Assembly (NCBI GenBank): GCA_043228905.1
Contig: JBHGNT010000004.1
Location: 15,252,001-15,316,000, forward strand
DNA: 64,000 nt
Direction: 5' to 3'
Source of the DNA: Azolla caroliniana
Lineage: Eukaryota; Plantae; Polypodiophyta
Shown here: one piece after another, positions 1 to 11,776 of the stretch
How the letters are laid out: every line of letters begins with the position of its first letter
How positions within the stretch are numbered: the first letter of the stretch is position 1
Translations under genes and position numbers: made by a program
The notes under the pieces: model-generated
Databases searched by the model: none
What the model was told of the DNA's origin: nothing
What the model saw: only the letters and a program-made list of their open reading frames with translations

Positions 1-1605
1 TCAGTTGATGAGCGGGATCGGGAGCATGTAGGCCTCCTATTGGAGACTGATGACGGGCTGACGGCCGACTAGGCCGTGGTGAAAAGGGTCTATGGCCGTT
101 TCGACAAACGACAGGAATGGGTTGACAAAGGATCGACAGGGGCGGGCTCTGTCACAGCAAGGAAGCTCGAGCCAACGCCACCAACGCGACGGGAAGAGAC
201 CCGAGATTGGCTCGAGACCGGATCGGCTTCGACCGGCATGATCAAGGGCTCGTCCGAGGGAGCAGCTCTGGAGGAACTGACGCGGATGGTAAAGGATCTC
301 CAGATCGCCCAGGCACGGAGGGACGGTAGTGAACAGGGCCATGACCGACGACCTCTGGCTGGAAACAGGTGCATGTGGCGTGACACGGTTGGCCACATCC
401 GGAAGGACTGCGGGGACTTCGCCGAGGCGATGAGAAGCAACGTGGTGTACCTGTGGAACGGTCGGGTGCACGCCAGCGAAACCCGAAGGCCCCTGGACCT
501 GAACGTCGGGCGAGGGGGTATGAAAAGGCTGATGGAGGAGGCGGCGGCTCGTCACGCAGAGACCGTCCTCTACTCAGCGTCAGCTGGTATTCGGGTCAGA
601 GGTGGCGAGGCCCCGAAGACGAGCAAAGCCGGGTTTTGGCCGATGATGCTAGAAGGCCTCGCCGGTGCATGACTAAGGAAAGAAGAGGCGGATCGCGCGG
701 AAAAACGGGTCCGGGAGGTGACCTGGTGGAGTGACCCGGTGGAAGAAAAGACGGGCTTCGTCGAAGCCGCTTGTCAAAACTACGAGGCTCTGGTGGAGGA
801 CAAGCGGGTAGGGAAAACCGGAGAGGCCGGGCCCTCACAACGATATGAAACTCGATTCGGGCAAAGACGAAATGAGGCCGGTGTAACCGGCGCCCAGGAT
901 AATCCCAAGAGGGGCAGGTACCGGCTGGGCACAGAAATCGAAAGATCCACGGACCTGCGTAAGGTCCTGGAAGAACGAATCCTCGACAGCAAGGTGGAAC
1001 TGTCGCTGAGGGAAGTGCTCGGGATCGCCAAGAAGGAGTTCCACGACTCCATCGTAGACTTGGTGAAGAGGAAGAGGCTGTCGACGGAGACAGAACTGGA
1101 GAAGCCGGTGGAGGTGCGGACGACGCACATAGAGGACATGGCGCTGGAAGACGAGTTGGCAGAGAGCCACTATTCACGGCCGCACTGGGCCAGAGCGACC
1201 ACGGAGACCCCCGTGAAGATTGGAGATGTTCATGAACCAGTGGTGGCGTTGGTGGACCACATTTCAGAAATCAATTTGATGTCCATGGACTTCTATAAGA
1301 AAGGGAAATGGCCGATCAACACCAAGCACGGGTGGAAAATACGGGCAGCGACGCGTGTCACCGAAGAACTGCATGGAGCCTGCCCAAATGTACGAGTAAA
1401 GATCGGTGATGTCGAGATTGACCAGCACTTCTTCGTGCAGGAGACGTCCTCACATCCGGTTATACTAGGAGAACCGTACATCACGGCAGCACGGATGTAG
1501 ACCAAGGTGTTGGACAACGGCTCGGCCTATGCAAGGGTCAAGAGCCAGGATGGGTGTCACTCGGTTCAGTTCCTGACGGTGAGGCCGAACCATGAGCGGA
1601 ACCGC
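1..1605 (+). pseudogene. gag: Element A gag-protease ORF1 with internal stops; continues at 5413-5452 after element B
   Basis: ORFs 76-672 and 718-1500 are in frame. Zinc-knuckle remnant CMWRDTVGHIRKDC and protease motif VALVDHISEINLM. Homologous to ORF 18028-20202. Confidence 0.88.
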
Positions 1606-2483
1606 TGTCGTAGTGTATTTCGTACACTACGTGAAAAAGTAAAAATAATATAACCGATTTAATTACATATAAATAAATAAAATAAGAATATTAAGATATT
1701 TATCACCAATAAATAAAATAAGAATATCAAGATATTTATCACGTGCATAGGGCAAGATTTGAACCTTGTACCTCCACGTAGCCAAACTTCAACTTTACCA
1801 TTATGCTACCTTATCTTTAGTGTTCTATAAATAGATTTAATAACTATAAGTGCTTTATTTGCGCCTACCTTTATTAAAAGGTAAATCATGTATTTTTAGA
1901 GTGCGTGAATATTTTATAGAAAAACGCAAGCGACTAAAAAGTGACTCATGCACATCTAGCGTGCATGAGCACTATATTTAGCAAATAAAAGCAAGGATTA
2001 AAAAAAAGCATGTAGCTATGCTTAGTCTCTCCCATCACTACATAAGGATGGGGAGCACAATGTAATAGGTGTGTGAAATATTTGGAAATTGGATATATTT
2101 CCGAAAACACCAACCGATTAATATAATCGTGGGATTCACGAAAATAATATAATCTATACTTGTGGGATTCACAAGTTTCTTATATCCTTCTTTCAATCTA
2201 AATTCATATTCTTACATAAATATTGATTAATGTAATACTTGTGGGATTCACAAGGTTTGATCTCTTTTCTCAATCTACTCTAATCTATTCTAAATTATTT
2301 CAATTTATTACTACGATTTAGATAAACTAAAACAATTATACTTGTGGGATTCACAAGTTTCTATATCTCTTTCTAATAATCTATTTATTACTAGCCTCAT
2401 CTCATATTCTTCTTTCTCCTAGTCCAAAACCTCGGCGGTTCCCACCCGACTCACGCAACGATCCGGAGCCGAAAGGCACGACA
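1606..2483 (+). repeat. 5' LTR of element B
   Basis: Direct repeat of 4535-5412 with TG...CA termini; only two mismatches noticed by eye. Confidence 0.96.
1748..1815 (-). promoter_or_regulatory. tRNA-like Pol III A-box/B-box cassette inside LTR B (second copy about 4677-4744)
   Basis: Minus strand reads TAGCATAATGG (A box, 1798-1808), then 32 nt, then GGTTCAAATC (B box, 1756-1765). Confidence 0.6.
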
Positions 2484-2487
2484 CAGT

Positions 2488-2505
2488 TGGTGAACCCGAC
2501 GTGAA
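2488..2505 (+). promoter_or_regulatory. Primer-binding site, tRNA-Trp (element B)
   Basis: TGGTGAACCCGACGTGAA is the complement of the 3' end of plant tRNA-Trp(CCA), 4 nt after the LTR. Confidence 0.9.
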
Positions 2506-2521
2506 GACGGGTGGCAAGGAG

Positions 2522-3697
2522 ATGGAGAATCAACAAGAGGCAATGAGCATAACGATGATGATGATGTTCGAGCGGATGCTACAAGAACAACGAGTGATGT
2601 CGGAGATCACGGGGGCAGTAAAGCGGCTCGTACAACGAAATGGACAATTCAACGGAAACGATGTGTCACGCTATCTACATGACTACAAGGCGGAGATGAT
2701 ACGATGTGGGATACCGGAAGGATTGCAAGTGACATCCTTCAATCGGGTGGCCACGGATGAGCTACAAGAGAGAATCCACAAGATATGGCAACAAAACTCG
2801 ACATGGGGGTCATTCGAAGAAGCTTTACGAGAGGCATATGATTACAAGAGATCAAAGGGACAAGATCGGCGAAAATTCGACGAATGGGTGGCATCGGAGA
2901 AGACCCACCAAAGTGCAACACAAGCATTGCTAGAGTTCGAGCATCATTTTGCTCGACTCTCGGAGCGGGAACAACGATTGGTGGGGGAGGATAAAGTCCT
3001 AATGTTCGTAAAATCGATCGATCGAAAAGAAAGGAAGGACATCGGGATTGAACTTGAAGACGATGACGGTACGAATGGTCTTACCGAAGATTGGGCCGAA
3101 GTCCAAAGGGTATGCCGGAGACATGATGAGAGGAAGATGAGAATCTTGTCAACGACATGGCCGATGAAGGATGGTCGATTGAAGACAAACGATGGAGCCG
3201 ATATGAAGGCCGAAATACAACATGATGGTGCGACGGAAGAGGGTGTAAAACAAGCTACCCTCTTGTCTTGCGAAAGAACAACGACGAAGGATAAGGCCGA
3301 TAACCCAAGTGTAGAAGAAGATTTCAGAATACAAGTGATTGAAACATCGGGTGAAAAAGGGGTAAGCATAATTGATGCAGTGAAAGAGAGCAAAGAGGAC
3401 TTGATTGAGGAGGTCGCCACGAAAGATGACATCGAATCGAAGGTGGCTATGGACGAATCAATAGAGGATGGTCATATCGAGACTTCCCCACCATTGATTC
3501 CAGAGACTCCGGCGGTTGCGTTTGAAAGGCAACGTGAGACCGAAGAGACGAAAGGTGGCGGAGAGAAAACAAAGGTCGAAGCCGATGTGTATGACGGAGA
3601 GATAGCCGAGAATATGGCTATGGGTGAAACAACGGAGGATGATAATACCGAGGATTCCTGCCCACTAATCCTAGAGACTTCGGCGGTTGTGTCATAG
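2522..3697 (+). CDS. gag: Element B Gag-like protein with an acidic C-terminal extension; the same frame continues after one TAG to 4582
   Basis: N-terminus (GQFNGNDVSRYLHDYKAEM...ELEDDDGTNGLTEDW) is homologous to the Gags of C and E. ORF 3770-4582 is in the same frame. Confidence 0.75.
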   Translation: MENQQEAMSITMMMMFERMLQEQRVMSEITGAVKRLVQRNGQFNGNDVSRYLHDYKAEMIRCGIPEGLQVTSFNRVATDELQERIHKIWQQNSTWGSFEEALREAYDYKRSKGQDRRKFDEWVASEKTHQSATQALLEFEHHFARLSEREQRLVGEDKVLMFVKSIDRKERKDIGIELEDDDGTNGLTEDWAEVQRVCRRHDERKMRILSTTWPMKDGRLKTNDGADMKAEIQHDGATEEGVKQATLLSCERTTTKDKADNPSVEEDFRIQVIETSGEKGVSIIDAVKESKEDLIEEVATKDDIESKVAMDESIEDGHIETSPPLIPETPAVAFERQRETEETKGGGEKTKVEADVYDGEIAENMAMGETTEDDNTEDSCPLILETSAVVS

Positions 3698-4534
3698 AAG
3701 CAACGTGAGACCGAAGAGACGGGAGGTGGCGGCAAGAAAGGTAAAGTCGGAAGCCAGTTAGGATGGAAGGTGATCCGGACGGGATTCCGATCCGAAAGAA
3801 AGCCGAACCGGGTAAAAGAGGATTCGACCGAAAGTCGACCCGAAAGAAAGCCGAACCGAAAGGAAGAGAATTCGGCCGAAAGACGACACAAACGAAAGCT
3901 GAATCGGGCGAATGAGGATTCGGCCGAAAGACGACCCGAAAGAAAGCCGACCCGAAAAGGGGTCGACTTGGTCAAAACCGATCGACCGAGTCTGAGTTGG
4001 CCAAACGCGAATATGGATGGAAGCCGACCTAGCCGAAAGCCGATCGGACGAGACCGATCCGGAAAGAAGCTAATCCGACTCAACCGAAGGTTGGACCGGT
4101 CGAGGCTAGTGAAAACGAGGAAAAGAAAGCCAACCGAAACCGAAACCGATAGATCGAAACCGGGCCGGAAGGAGACCGACTCAATCGAAACCGAACAACC
4201 GATTCCGATTCGGCCGAATACGAATCCGATCGGAAGCCGATCAAACCGAAAGTTGATCGGACGAGAGCGATCCGAAAAAAAGTCAAGGTTGATGAAGACA
4301 AGAAAGAGGCCAGTAAAAGACACTACCACGAATGACAAGGGCCAAGAATATGACGAGAGAGAACAAAGAATATGGTGGATCGGATGGCGACAATGGTTCG
4401 GGTGGAAAGAATGGGTCTACTCAAAATGGAGAGACAAAGTTGACATAGCGGGACAAACGGAGGATGAAGGGGAGACAACGAGCATCGGCAACTTCGGCAC
4501 ATACCGGAGGATGTGCGGGTTCGGAGGGGGCGAG

Positions 4535-5412
4535 TGTCGTAGTGTATTTCGTACACTACGTGAAAAAGTAAAAATAATATAACCGATTTAATTACATATA
4601 AATAAATAAAATAAGAATATTAAGATATTTATCACCAATAAATAAAATAAGAATATCAAGATATTTATCACGTGCATAGGGCAAGATTTGAACCTTGTAC
4701 CTCCACGTAGCCAAACTTCAACTTTACCATTATGCTACCTTATCTTTAGTGTTCTATAAATAGATTTAATAACTATAAGTGCTTTATTTGTGCCTACCTT
4801 TATTAAAAGGTAAATCATGTATTTTTAGAGTGCGTGAATATTTTATAGAAAAACGCAAGCGACTAAAAAGTGACTCATGCACATCTAGCGTGCATGAGCA
4901 CTATATTTAGCAAATAAAAGCAAGGATTAAAAAAAAGCATGTAGCTATGCTTAGTCTCTCCCATCACTACATAAGGATGGGGAGCACAATGTAATAGGTG
5001 TGTGAAATATTTGGAAATTGGATATATTTCCGAAAACACCAACCGATTAATATAATCGTGGGATTCACGAAAATAATATAATCTATACTTGTGGGATTCA
5101 CAAGTTTCTTATATCTTTCTTTCAATCTAAATTCATATTCTTACATAAATATTGATTAATGTAATACTTGTGGGATTCACAAGGTTTGATCTCTTTTCTC
5201 AATCTACTCTAATCTATTCTAAATTATTTCAATTTATTACTACGATTTAGATAAACTAAAACAATTATACTTGTGGGATTCACAAGTTTCTATATCTCTT
5301 TCTAATAATCTATTTATTACTAGCCTCATCTCATATTCTTCTTTCTCCTAGTCCAAAACCTCGGCGGTTCCCACCCGACTCACGCAACGATCCGGAGCCG
5401 AAAGGCACGACA
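4535..5412 (+). repeat. 3' LTR of element B
   Basis: Direct repeat of 1606-2483, preceded by the PPT. Confidence 0.96.
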
Positions 5413-5442
5413 CCGCGAGACCCTCGGGGGCGAAAGCCGAGA

Positions 5443-5508
5443 GGATTTTTAGAGAGGGCTATCAAGGCGTGGGGCCGCGATAGTCCGGACACTCCGGGAA
5501 AACCCCAC
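5443..5508 (+). promoter_or_regulatory. Putative -1 ribosomal frameshift signal (G GAU UUU plus pseudoknot) between ORF1 and pol of element A
   Basis: Heptamer 5443-5449 just before the ORF1 stop. The -1 frame is open into RT. Stem GGGCTATC/GATAGTCC, with loop GTGGGG complementary to downstream CCCCAC. Confidence 0.7.
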
Positions 5509-6673
5509 AAGTGTACGATAGCAAAGAAGACCTGTACTATAAGTAGGAAATTTTGGTTCTCCGACAACGGAGGGTGTACGATAGTCGATGTTGTTGGCAA
5601 GAAGAAGAAAAGGGCGGAGGAGCAATTTCGGGCATGTGGTATCCTCGGCCTTGGAGAGGAAATCAACGGAGCCGTGGAGGCGGTCTCTTTCGTCGATACC
5701 TTGGAGGAGCTGCGAGAGGTAGTCAGAGGAGTCCTTAAAGAGGACCGAATGATTCCGGTATGTTCGGAAAGGATGTACGAAGTCATCGCGGACTTCAGTA
5801 GAGGGCTCGAGTCGAATCGGACGGCCCGGGTGGACACGAGGTACAAGATTGTGGACTGGAAGGTGAGGCCAGTCGCAACTCCCTTGCCGGAGGGCAGCGA
5901 GTTGCGAATAAAGGGGGTTGCGTCGGACCCGAGTTTACGAAATCCGGCCCGCATAGGACACACGTTCACCGACATAACGCTGCGCGAGCTCAAAATCGGT
6001 GGGGGCGGCTTCCTACTGCTGGCGGAAGAGGACCGTTTTCGAGGAATGCTCGGAAGGCAGGGGAAGGCCTTCGCATTCTCACCGGAGGAGATCGGGTGCG
6101 TAGACCCGACAGTCGTGGAACCGATGGTGATATTCACGGTACCGCATGTGCCGTGGAGTCTCAAACCGATTCCAGTACCCAGAGCTCACATCCCGAAGCT
6201 GATGGAGCTGTTAAAGCAAAAGGTCGAGATGGGAATCCTCGAACCGTCGAGTGCCCCATACTCGAATCGGTGGTTTACCGTGCTGAAGAAGGACGGCACG
6301 CTGCGCTTTATTCAAGACCTGCAACCAGTCAACAAGGTGACCATTCGAAACGCAGGAATCGGACCGACAATAGACGAGTTCGCGGAGGCCTTCACCAGAA
6401 GGTCGATTTACTCGGTCAGTGATCTCTACCCGGGGTACGATCAGTCCAGCTAGCCATAGAGAGCAGAGACATCACGACAATGCGAACTCCTCTCGGCCTA
6501 CTACGGATGTGTACCCTACCACAAGGAGGGACGAACTCAGTGGCTCACATGGTGAACGCAATGAACAAGGTGCTGAGGGATTGTATCCCGGACATCACCA
6601 TGCCGTTTCTGGACGACGTCCTGATCAAGGGATGCCCGGTGGAGGAAAGGGACGAGACGATCGGACCGGATGG
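5449..6673 (+). pseudogene. pol: Element A pol, RT N-terminal part (frameshifted)
   Basis: LEPSSAPYSNRWFTV, LRFIQDLQPVN, TLPQGGTNS and PFLDD motifs. Confidence 0.9.
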
Positions 6674-7435
6674 TGTCGCGTTGTTACGCGCGTGCGTGGA
6701 GAAAGGCGGGACCACGGGGGTCATGGACTAGAGAGTGATGGAGCGTAGGAAGTCGTGCCTCACTGTTTCTAGGGCATCCTAGAGACACACCGGAAGCAAC
6801 CGAAGGGAGAGAGAGAGAGAGAGAGAGAGAGAGTGTGCTTAACACCGACCCACGCACACGCACACGCACACGCACACACGCACAACCCGACTCACGCCTT
6901 ATATACAGAAAACGCAGGAAAGGGGTAAGCACCCGACGCCAACGACAACGCGAATATACACAGACAAACGTATATATATATATAAAGGTAAGAATACATT
7001 CCCGGCGTCGAGCCGGACTGACGTAGGTTACATTAGTCGTCTGTTGTCAAGCCGTCGTCGGGGAGCTCTCAACTCGTCGCGCCGAGCGGGGTCTTGCACA
7101 GGATGCCGAACCAAGCAAACCCTAAGCGAAACACGCAGAAGGAGAAGAAGAAGAACCTAACTCTAAACCTAAGAGTATACCCTCTAATGCAAAATGGGCA
7201 ACCCTTTCACAAAGGGCGTTCCCTTCCTTTTATAGACCAAGGAAAGGGATGCGTTACAATGTGGGACAAATCCCGACTTACATGGGATCGTCTGCCCCGA
7301 CTTGACTACTCTTCGGCGCCATAAAGGCGCACTCGATATTCACACCAAATGTACATGGGTGCGTACACACGCTGCACCCCGCCGATGTAGACAATGTTTC
7401 CCGGTTTCCACCTCTGGTCGAAATTCTTCACGACA
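6674..7435 (-). repeat. 3' LTR of element C
   Basis: Direct repeat of 10999-11776; contains (GA)n and (CACACG)n tracts. Confidence 0.94.
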
Positions 7436-7513
7436 TCCGGCCCCACCTAACTGCACGTCCACCGGTACATGCCAAATCTGGTTGAAGGGTGAGAACTTTC
7501 GGCCGGTGAGGAA

Positions 7514-8105
7514 TGCTGCGTGTTTGATCCGTCGGTTTCGAGTCTTCCTTCGCGCTCGCCTCCCTGTAGGCTCGTTCGACCCGTCGATGGGTCCTCTGCC
7601 GCGATCTCCGTAGTACGCGTACTTCCGTTGGCCCTTGTTCAGCCGTATGAACGCCCCGCTTCCCGCCGTATGCCCGATGTCCTCCGCTTGAGGCATGCCC
7701 GTAGTGGCCCGCTTGGCCTCCGTTGTCCAATCGTGATGTCCCAATGGTGTTTCGCGTTGTGTTCGCCCTTTTGCCGCCACCTCCCTTCTCCATGGTCTTA
7801 ACTGCACGTCCACCGTACGCTGCCGGTTTGATCCGTTGGCTTCGAGTCTTCCTTCGCGCTCGCCTCCCTGTAGGCTCGTTCGACCCGTCGATGGGTCCTC
7901 TGCCGCGATCTCCGTAGTACGCGTACTTCCGTTGGCCCTTGTTCGTCCGTATGAACGCCCCGCTTCCCGCCGTATGGCTGATGTCCTCCGCTTGAGGCAT
8001 GCCCCTAGTGGCCCGCTTGGCCTTCGTTGTCCAATCGTGATGTCCCGATGGTGTTTCGCGTTGCGTTCACCCTTCCGCCGCCACCTCCCTTCTCCATGGT
8101 CTTAC
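7514..8105. repeat. About 304-bp tandem duplication inside element C
   Basis: GTTTGATCCG...GGTCTTA occurs twice, starting at about 7522 and 7826. Confidence 0.85.
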
Positions 8106-10274
8106 ATCGCCGCGTCGGCACGAACCGCCATGGTGTCCGGAATAGCGTGGAAGATCTCTTTCCGGCCTGATCGCGCATCGCCACTCACTCGCATACCGGT
8201 GTCCTTTGCATCCGAGGAACACCCCGTAATAGCCCGTTTGGCCCTTCCCGTCTTCGTGTTGCTGCAACAGGTCCTGAGTCTTTCGTTTGCCGTCGTCCCC
8301 TCGCCCCCACCAGCTTGTCATCCCAGCTTGCCGTGTCAGTCTTCGCTACTTCGACGGAGCTACCGAGATCTACGAAGCGAGTGTGGAGGATCCTCCTCCG
8401 GCCTCTCTTGCCATCCCCTGACTCCGACCCTGTGTAGTCCACTAGGCACTTGCCACCTCGTTCCCGGCACCTCCCTTGTGCCGGCTTCCGCTTCCTTCGC
8501 TCGGCCCCGCCCGCGCCGAACACCGTCCCGTAGTCACGCTTTGATCCGGCCCGCGATGGCCACCTGCGAGACTCTTATTCCGTCCAAGGTTTGCCTTTCC
8601 GGCCTAACACAACTCCCCATGTTTGCCCTATCGGCTCCTTCCGAAACCTCCATGTTGTCGAGTCCCGTTCCCTGCCGCCACCAACCTTCTCTCTCGGTCT
8701 CACGTCGCCACGTTGGCCGAACTGCCGGAGTCTCCGGATCGGTGTGAGGGTCCCATAGGACTGGACTCCGTTTCTATGCTTGCCGTAATTCGGGTGTCTT
8801 TTGTTTGAGTCACTCCCGGACTCTCCTCATGTCTTCCGCGTAGTCGGGTCCCGTTTCCCGCCGCCACCTTCCTTCTCCCTCGGTCTTACGTTGCCACGTT
8901 GGCCGAACAGCCGGGGTCTCCGGAACCGGTGTGGGGATCCTGTAGGACCGGACTTCCTTACGCCCACTGACCTTGCCGGAAGGTCCGATTTGGTTCGTAG
9001 CCGCTTCGCCGGCCTGATACCTCCATGCCGTAGCCCTTGCCTTCGTCACCTTGCTGCCACCGTCAGTATCTTGGTCTTACGTCGACCGCGTTGCCGACTG
9101 CCGAAGTCTCTAGACCCGGTGTGAAGGATCCTCCTTGGCCGTTCATCGCCTTCTCGACCCTGTCACGGGTCGTCCTTTTCCGCATGCCGAGAGGGCGTTT
9201 TGTTTCGCACCCTCTCCCGTGGTACCGACGTACCGTCTCCTCGGCCTCTTCGTAGGCCTGCTCTCTTCCTCCCTCCCGGAATGTTCATCCGGGAGTCCGC
9301 TCCACCCGGTTCTCGTACAGGTCCATTCGTCCTTCTCCGGATTGCCGAGTCTCATTCTCCTGTCGCCACCGATCTCTCTTATATGACTCACGTTGCCACG
9401 TCGGCCGAACTGCAGCCGGATCGGTGTAAGGAATCCCATAGGACCTCGACCTTCGCCCGGTCGGTCTTTCTCCCCATGTTAAAGAGGGCGGCTCATCCCG
9501 CACCCTCTCCCGTATCGGCACCTTCATGCCGATTCTGGCCCCGATCGAACGATCCATGACCGGATTCCGTTCCATACGAATCGGAATGCCAATCTTCTCG
9601 TGCCGCGTCCTTCCTCGGCCTCCTCGTAGGCCGTTTCCCATCCTTCTTCGCTGGCATTGTGCCAGGACTCCTCGGTACCGCCATCCATCTCCTCGGTCTT
9701 ACATGGGCATACGGGCCCGAATGCCGAGCTCTCCGGAATTGGGTCCGTGGGCTTTCGTCTGCTCCTTTCCCGTATCGTCTCGCCGGTGATTCTTGGCCTT
9801 TCTCCGCCGCCTTCCTCTGCATGGGACTCACGTGGGCACTCGGGCCCGACTGCCATCGTCTCGAGAGTAAGTGTGGGAAGACACAAGGAATCGCCCATCC
9901 GTTTTACGCCCTTGTCCGTAGCCACCGACTCTTCGTGGTCGGCGGTCGTCTTCTTACCGATCGCGCAAGCCCCGTCTGGGCTTGCTTATCCAATTACCGG
10001 GATCTCGGGCTGACACGCTCGAAACCGCTGGTCCCATCGTTCCGGTTCCACGATCTGTATCTCTGCCTCGTCCTTGGCCGTTCTCTCTCCACAAGTCGAG
10101 AGGGCATTTCGTTCCGCACCCTCTCCCGTGGTACCGTCGTACCGATCTTCCGCCATCGCGTGGGGCAAGTCCGTCTTCTCAGTCTCGGCTTGCAGCCTCC
10201 GTCTTTCCTCTTCCTCGAGCATCGCCTCGAGTTGTGTACGCCTCCGCAATCCTGGCCCCTACGCCGACCCTTGC

Positions 10275-10961
10275 CTACTCTCTCTGTCGTTCGGCCTCTT
10301 CCCGCTGTGATGGCACGCCGTCGCGTACCTTCCTCTTAGCCTTCTCGGCTCGCTCGTTATCTAGCCGTTGGCACACCCTTCCGACCTTCAACCAGTCCTC
10401 CGTAAGCCCATTCGCTCCATCATCGTCTTCGAGCTCAATCCCGATGGCTTCCCGTTCCGCGCGGTCGATCGACCTGACGAACAATAGGACCTTGTCCGCC
10501 CCCACCAAACCTTGTTCCCGCTCTGGGAGCCGAGCAAGCCGTCGCTCGAACTCTCGGAACGCCTTCGTCGCGCCCCGGTGGGTTTTTGCCGATGCTACCC
10601 ACTGGTCGAAGTCGTGCCGTCCCCGGCTCTTCCGCCGTCCTCCGTATGCCTTCAGGAGCGCCTCTTCGAAGGCCCCCCATGAACTATGAGCCTCACGGAG
10701 CTCCTTTACTTTCGCATGCATCCGGACAGCCACGACCCGACAAAAGAACTCCAGCCTCAATGCCTCGTCTACGCCACGCTCCTCCATTTCCGCGTTGTAG
10801 GCTTCCAAGTAAGATGGGACTTTGTCCCCGTTGAAACGGCCGACTCTTTCGACCACTCGCTCAACCGCTTGTTGCACTGCTTCTCGCCTCATCACCACGC
10901 GTGCTGACTCCAACACCACTTCGGCCACCATCTCCGCAAGGTCGTCGTCTTCCGACTCCAT
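10275..10961 (-). CDS. gag: Element C Gag-like protein
   Basis: VGRFNGDKVPSYLEAYNAEM...IGIELEDDDGANGLTEDW, homologous to B Gag; starts just after the PBS. Confidence 0.75.
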   Translation of the reverse strand: MESEDDDLAEMVAEVVLESARVVMRREAVQQAVERVVERVGRFNGDKVPSYLEAYNAEMEERGVDEALRLEFFCRVVAVRMHAKVKELREAHSSWGAFEEALLKAYGGRRKSRGRHDFDQWVASAKTHRGATKAFREFERRLARLPEREQGLVGADKVLLFVRSIDRAEREAIGIELEDDDGANGLTEDWLKVGRVCQRLDNERAEKAKRKVRDGVPSQREEAERQRE

Positions 10962-10976
10962 CCTCCTTTGCCGCCT

Positions 10977-10994
10977 TTCACCTCGGGTTCACCA
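10977..10994 (-). promoter_or_regulatory. PBS tRNA-Trp (element C)
   Basis: Minus strand TGGTGAACCCGAGGTGAA, one mismatch to the B/E PBS. Confidence 0.85.
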
Positions 10995-10998
10995 AATA

Positions 10999-11132
10999 TG
11001 TCGCGTTGTTACGCGCGTGCCTGGAGAAAGGCGGGACCACTGGGGTCTTGGACTAGAGAGTGATGGAGCGTAGGAAGTCGTGCCTCACTGTTTCTGGGGC
11101 ATCCCAGAGACACACCGGAAGCAACCGAAGGG

Positions 11133-11163
<31 letters not shown>

Positions 11164-11776
11164 GCGTGCTTAACACTGACCCACGCACACGCACACGCAC
11201 ACGCACACGCACACACGCACAACCCGACTCACGCCTTATGTACAGAAAACGCAGGAAAGGGGTAAGCACCCGACGCCAACGACGACGCGAATATACACAG
11301 ACAAACGTATATATATATATATATGAAGGGAAGATTACATTCCCGGCGTCGAGCCGGACTGACGTAGGTTACAGTAGTCGTCTGTTGTCAAGCCGCCGTC
11401 GGGGAGCTCTCAGCTCGTCGCGCCGAGCGGGGTCTTGCACAGGAGGCCGAACCAAGCAAACCCTAAGCGAAACACGCAGAAGGAGAAGAAGAAGAACCTA
11501 ACTCTAAACCTAACGGTATACCCTCTAATGCAAAATGGGCAACCCTTTCACAAAAGGCGTTCCCTTCCTTTTATAGAACAAGGAAAGGGATGCGTTACAA
11601 TGTGGGACAAATCCCGACTTACATGGGATCGTCTGCCCCGACTTGACTACTCTTCGGCACCATAAAGGCGCCCTCGATATTCACACCAAATGTACATGGG
11701 TGCGTACACACGCTGCACCCTGCCGATGTAGACAATGTTTCCCGGTTTCCACCTCTGGTCGAAATTCTTCACGACA
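10999..11776 (-). repeat. 5' LTR of element C
   Basis: Direct repeat of 6674-7435. Confidence 0.94.

Larger units (their letters stand above)
1606..5412 (+). mobile_element. Element B: young non-autonomous Gag-only (TR-GAG-like) gypsy element, 3807 bp, TSD CCGC
   Basis: Two 878-bp LTRs (TGTCGT...ACGACA) that are nearly identical, CCGC at 1602-1605 and 5413-5416, tRNA-Trp PBS, PPT GGAGGGGGCGAG, no pol domains. Confidence 0.95.
6674..11776 (-). mobile_element. Element C: non-autonomous Gag-only gypsy element inserted antisense in the RT of A; TSD ACGG (left copy ATGG)
   Basis: LTRs 6674-7435 and 10999-11776, Trp PBS at 10977-10994 (minus strand), PPT at 7436-7447. Removing it restores the host PDGCRK reading. 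Confidence 0.93.

Noticed and set aside
1748-1815. Bona fide tRNA genes at the A/B-box cassettes
   Set aside because: I could not fold convincing acceptor and anticodon stems, so they are reported only as tRNA-like promoter cassettes.
2128-2358. CRISPR-like appearance of spaced palindromic repeats
   Set aside because: Spacers are irregular and partly homologous, the array lies in a plant LTR, and there are no cas genes.
3472-6164. Long minus-strand ORFs 3472-4338 and 5331-6164
   Set aside because: They are antisense shadows of the B repeat region and of A pol.
6805-6885. (GA)n and (CACACG)n tracts giving RERE/THTH ORFs (also at about 11130, 14693, 32650 and 37560)
   Set aside because: Ordinary LTR microsatellites, not coding.
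7340-10339. Many overlapping 100-300-aa ORFs on both strands inside element C
   Set aside because: GC-rich repetitive TE sequence with no recognisable domains; mostly shadow frames of a decayed gag extension.
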